From contig JBITNC010000001.1 in the NCBI GenBank assembly GCA_050084985.1, positions 58,714,001-58,778,000 on the forward strand: 64,000 nt of DNA, in the 5' to 3' direction. How positions within the stretch are numbered: the first letter of the stretch is position 1; each line of letters opens with the position of its first letter. The position numbers and the translations under genes were made by a program. Shown piece after piece: positions 62,870 to 64,000 of the stretch. This DNA is from Nageia nagi (Eukaryota; Plantae; Pinophyta). The notes beneath the pieces were generated by a model, which saw only the letters and a program-made list of their open reading frames with translations, did not search any database and was not told the origin of the DNA.

Positions 62870-64000
62870 GCAAACCTGTGCCTAGCTTTTGGAGGCACTT
62901 TCTTTGGTCAAAATCAAAAAATTCAAAGTTTAAATGTCCTTATTTTCTCCTTCTCCACCCAATCAAGTGTAAAAATTTGAGTTTTGGTGGGTTTTTGAGC
63001 TTTCCCCTCGGATCTAGGCGCCATTTTCCATTTTTTTAGATATTCCAATGGCTTGCAAACCTGCACCTGGATTTTTGGAACATTTCCCATGGTCAAATTT
63101 GAAATTTTCGAAGTTTAAACATGCTTAGAATGCCTTCTTCCATGCAACCATGTGAAAAAAAATGATTTTTTTGCAAAAAATTTGAATTCTTTTCATGTTA
63201 GGTGCTGATTTTCACCTCATTGGATTTCACAAATCTAGCAAACCTGTGCCTAGGAATTTGGGCCACTTCTCTTGCTCAAAATTGAAAAATTGCAAGTTTA
63301 AATGTGCTTATTTTCATGTTTTTCATGCAATTGACCCTTCAAACTTGGATTTTGAGGCAAAATTTCGAATCTTCATGATGTTAGGCGCTAGATTTCACTC
63401 CATTAGATTTCCAATGGCATGAAAAGCTACGCCTACCTTTTGGGTGCTTTAAAATTGTTTAAAATCCAAATTTTGCAAGTTTAAATGTGCTAGAATTGAG
63501 GTTTTTCATCTAATGAACACCTTGGGATCAATTTTTAATTCATTTTGCACTTATCACTCCAAGTTAGGCTCTAGAAATCACTCCTATGGATTTGGAAACT
63601 TTTGGAAAACTGCGCCTAGCATTTGGAGGTACAAAACTTGATTAGATTTGAAATTTACAAGACCTAAATTTATTCAAAATGCCCTTTTTGACCCAATGGA
63701 CCCCTTAAACTTGAGTTTTGATCAAAATTTATCAATTTTCTTGATTCTAGGCACTAGATTTCACTCCATTGGATTTCCATAGCCTAGAAAACCTACGCCT
63801 AGCCTTTAGGGTGCCCAAATGTGCTCAAAATCGAAAATTTTAATACCTAAATGTGTTTACAGTCATGTTTTCCTTGTCCCCAAGCACTTAAACTTGATTT
63901 TTGGTCAAAAAACATTTCATCTTCTCGATCTAGGAGCCATTTTTCATGCCAATGGATTTGGAAAAGTTTGGAAACTTGTGACTAGCACTTTGGGGGTCTT
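62870..64000. repeat. 183-bp tandem repeat in M5, each unit with TAGGCGC-N40-GCGCCTA
   Basis: Left arms at 63015, 63199, 63382, 63565, 63748, 63931. Confidence 0.9.

Larger units (their letters stand above)
25612..64000 (+). other. Probable giant intron of the syntaxin gene, more than 38 kb
   Basis: GTAAGT donor at 25612; the expected next exon (LAKRxSxFDDP) was not seen in the rest of the window. Confidence 0.65.
57652..64000 (-). mobile_element. Giant LTR M5 (>6.3 kb), inverted, extends beyond the window
   Basis: Minus-strand end ..GGTAGGAAAGGTTTCCATCCCAACA resembles the M2 end GGGAAAGAAAAGCATCCCAACA; same array-TATA-ORF-TATA layout; predicted TSD GAACT (57647-57651). Confidence 0.85.

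Overview
AT-rich, TE-dominated plant nuclear DNA, most likely from a large-genome plant such as a gymnosperm (inference). 1-25 kb holds decayed elements: a three-LTR tandem Ty3/gypsy chromovirus (2266-10173, TSD CATAA) whose two internal copies share an in-frame RT/RNase H deletion, a LINE RNase H remnant, a spliced MULE/SWIM transposase pseudogene, a 27-bp minisatellite, an old short LTR element and a Ty1/copia pol remnant. The only host gene is coding exon 1 of a SYP3-family syntaxin (25347-25611); no second exon is visible in the next 38 kb. That region is a nest of related giant LTRs. A non-autonomous element A (LTRs 27755-30801 and 55511-57651, tRNA-Asn PBS) carries three TSD-bounded solo LTRs of 5-7 kb (31929-42969, 36639-42625, 44359-51331), a hAT transposon and a fifth, inverted LTR family member (57652 to beyond the window). 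Main finding: each of these LTRs is a self-contained cassette made of an array of fixed-geometry palindromic sites with family-specific arms and spacer length, a first promoter, an ORF of about 1,100 codons (or a deletion derivative) from one shared unknown protein family, and then the normal LTR promoter. This suggests an LTR-encoded protein co-evolving with its own cis-site array. The function is inferred, not shown. All counts and alignments were done by eye.
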